A stretch of 35,690 nt of DNA from a virus. Both the position numbers and the translations under genes were made by a program. Location of the stretch: the IMG/VR virus record IMGVR_UViG_3300045988_151125, one strand, 5' to 3'. The notes below the pieces were generated by a model, which was not told where the DNA came from, searched no databases, and was given only the letters and a program-made list of their open reading frames with translations. This document shows, in pieces, positions 35,385 to 35,690 of the stretch (within the stretch, counting starts at the first letter, position 1; each line of letters opens with the position of its first letter).

Positions 35385-35463
35385 GCTGGCGGCGATTGCC
35401 GTCGCCGCAGCCGAGGTATATGTTGACCCCAAGAGCTGCACCAGCGTCGCCACGGCATAAACA
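35385..35463 (+). pseudogene. Internally deleted second holin copy
   Basis: 35385-35404 is identical to holin 33737-33756 and is then joined directly to a homologue of the holin 3' end (34279-34331). GATTGCCG microhomology sits at the junction. Confidence 0.65.
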
Positions 35464-35466
35464 AAT

Positions 35467-35590
35467 AAAAGCCACCACCGGGTTTGCCCGGTGGTGGCTT
35501 TCTATTTTACCGAGAAAAAATAAAGTCTGCGACTATCAAGCCGATAGGCAACACAATGATTTTTTTTCGGATATGGATGGCAGGGGTAGA
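35467..35590 (+). repeat. attR-side direct repeat (terminator, trailer copy d, tRNA 3' end)
   Basis: Matches 705-825. Confidence 0.8.
35471..35508. terminator. Terminator hairpin of the attR-side repeat (serves the minus-strand tRNA-Trp)
   Basis: GCCACCACCGGG-TTTG-CCCGGTGGTGGC (12-bp stem) flanked by AAAA and TTTCTATTTT. Confidence 0.7.
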
Positions 35591-35690
35591 AGGATTCGAA
35601 CCCTCGGCACGCGGTTTTGGAGACCGCTGCTCTACCAACTGAGCTATGCCCCTATATAAAGAAACCCACAATGCGTATCTTGCACTGTGG
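35572..35690. repeat. Right arm of the perfect 119-bp terminal inverted repeat
   Basis: Reverse complement of 1-119. Confidence 0.95.
35578..35653 (-). tRNA. trnW: tRNA-Trp (anticodon CCA), identical inverted copy
   Basis: Exact reverse complement of 38-113. Confidence 0.9.

Larger units (their letters stand above)
826..35590. mobile_element. Integrated temperate siphovirus-like prophage (integration, immunity, replication, packaging, head, tail, DGR, lysis and moron modules)
   Basis: Gene order and content as listed below. It is bounded by ~121-bp direct repeats carrying the tRNA-Trp 3' end, so the exact crossover point within the repeat cannot be determined. Confidence 0.85.

Noticed and set aside
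35342-35659. ORF 35342-35659 (plus strand, 105 aa).
   Set aside because: It runs through the deleted holin scar, the terminator hairpin, the trailer and the antisense of the tRNA, with no RBS.
1-35690. Searched for a CRISPR array, rRNA and a tyrosine integrase or transposase.
   Set aside because: No regularly spaced short direct repeats, no rRNA-like sequence, and no tyrosine recombinase or DDE transposase motifs were seen on either strand.

Overview
The window is an integrated, HK97-like siphovirus-type temperate prophage (~826-35590, about 60% GC) inside an unusual palindromic tRNA-Trp locus. The two window ends are a perfect 119-bp inverted repeat, each carrying a complete tRNA-Trp(CCA) gene. 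The left host flank (1-825) holds tRNA-Trp, an internally deleted group IIC intron remnant sitting just after a bidirectional terminator, and attL. The prophage runs in this order: large serine integrase, an AT-rich moron encoding a DnaQ-like exonuclease, a cI/cro-type switch with three 17-bp operators, and small early genes. These are followed by an HD hydrolase, an ASCH protein, a frameshifted DNA methyltransferase, an HUH rolling-circle Rep, a DUF1064-like nuclease, a PcfK/PcfJ-like pair and a sigma-r4-like regulator. The late region holds HNH, TerS/TerL, portal, ClpP protease, capsid, connectors, major tail, G/GT chaperones with a CCCAAAC -1 slip site, tape measure and baseplate/fibre genes. 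The strongest finding is a complete diversity-generating retroelement (target/VR, avd, TR, RT): all 13 VR/TR mismatches fall at TR adenines. A GH25 endolysin and a holin come next. Between the holin and attR sits an unassigned two-gene cassette with a consensus promoter and a palindromic operator, bracketed by imperfect direct repeats that include a deleted second holin copy. All family names come from motif recognition by eye; no searches were run.
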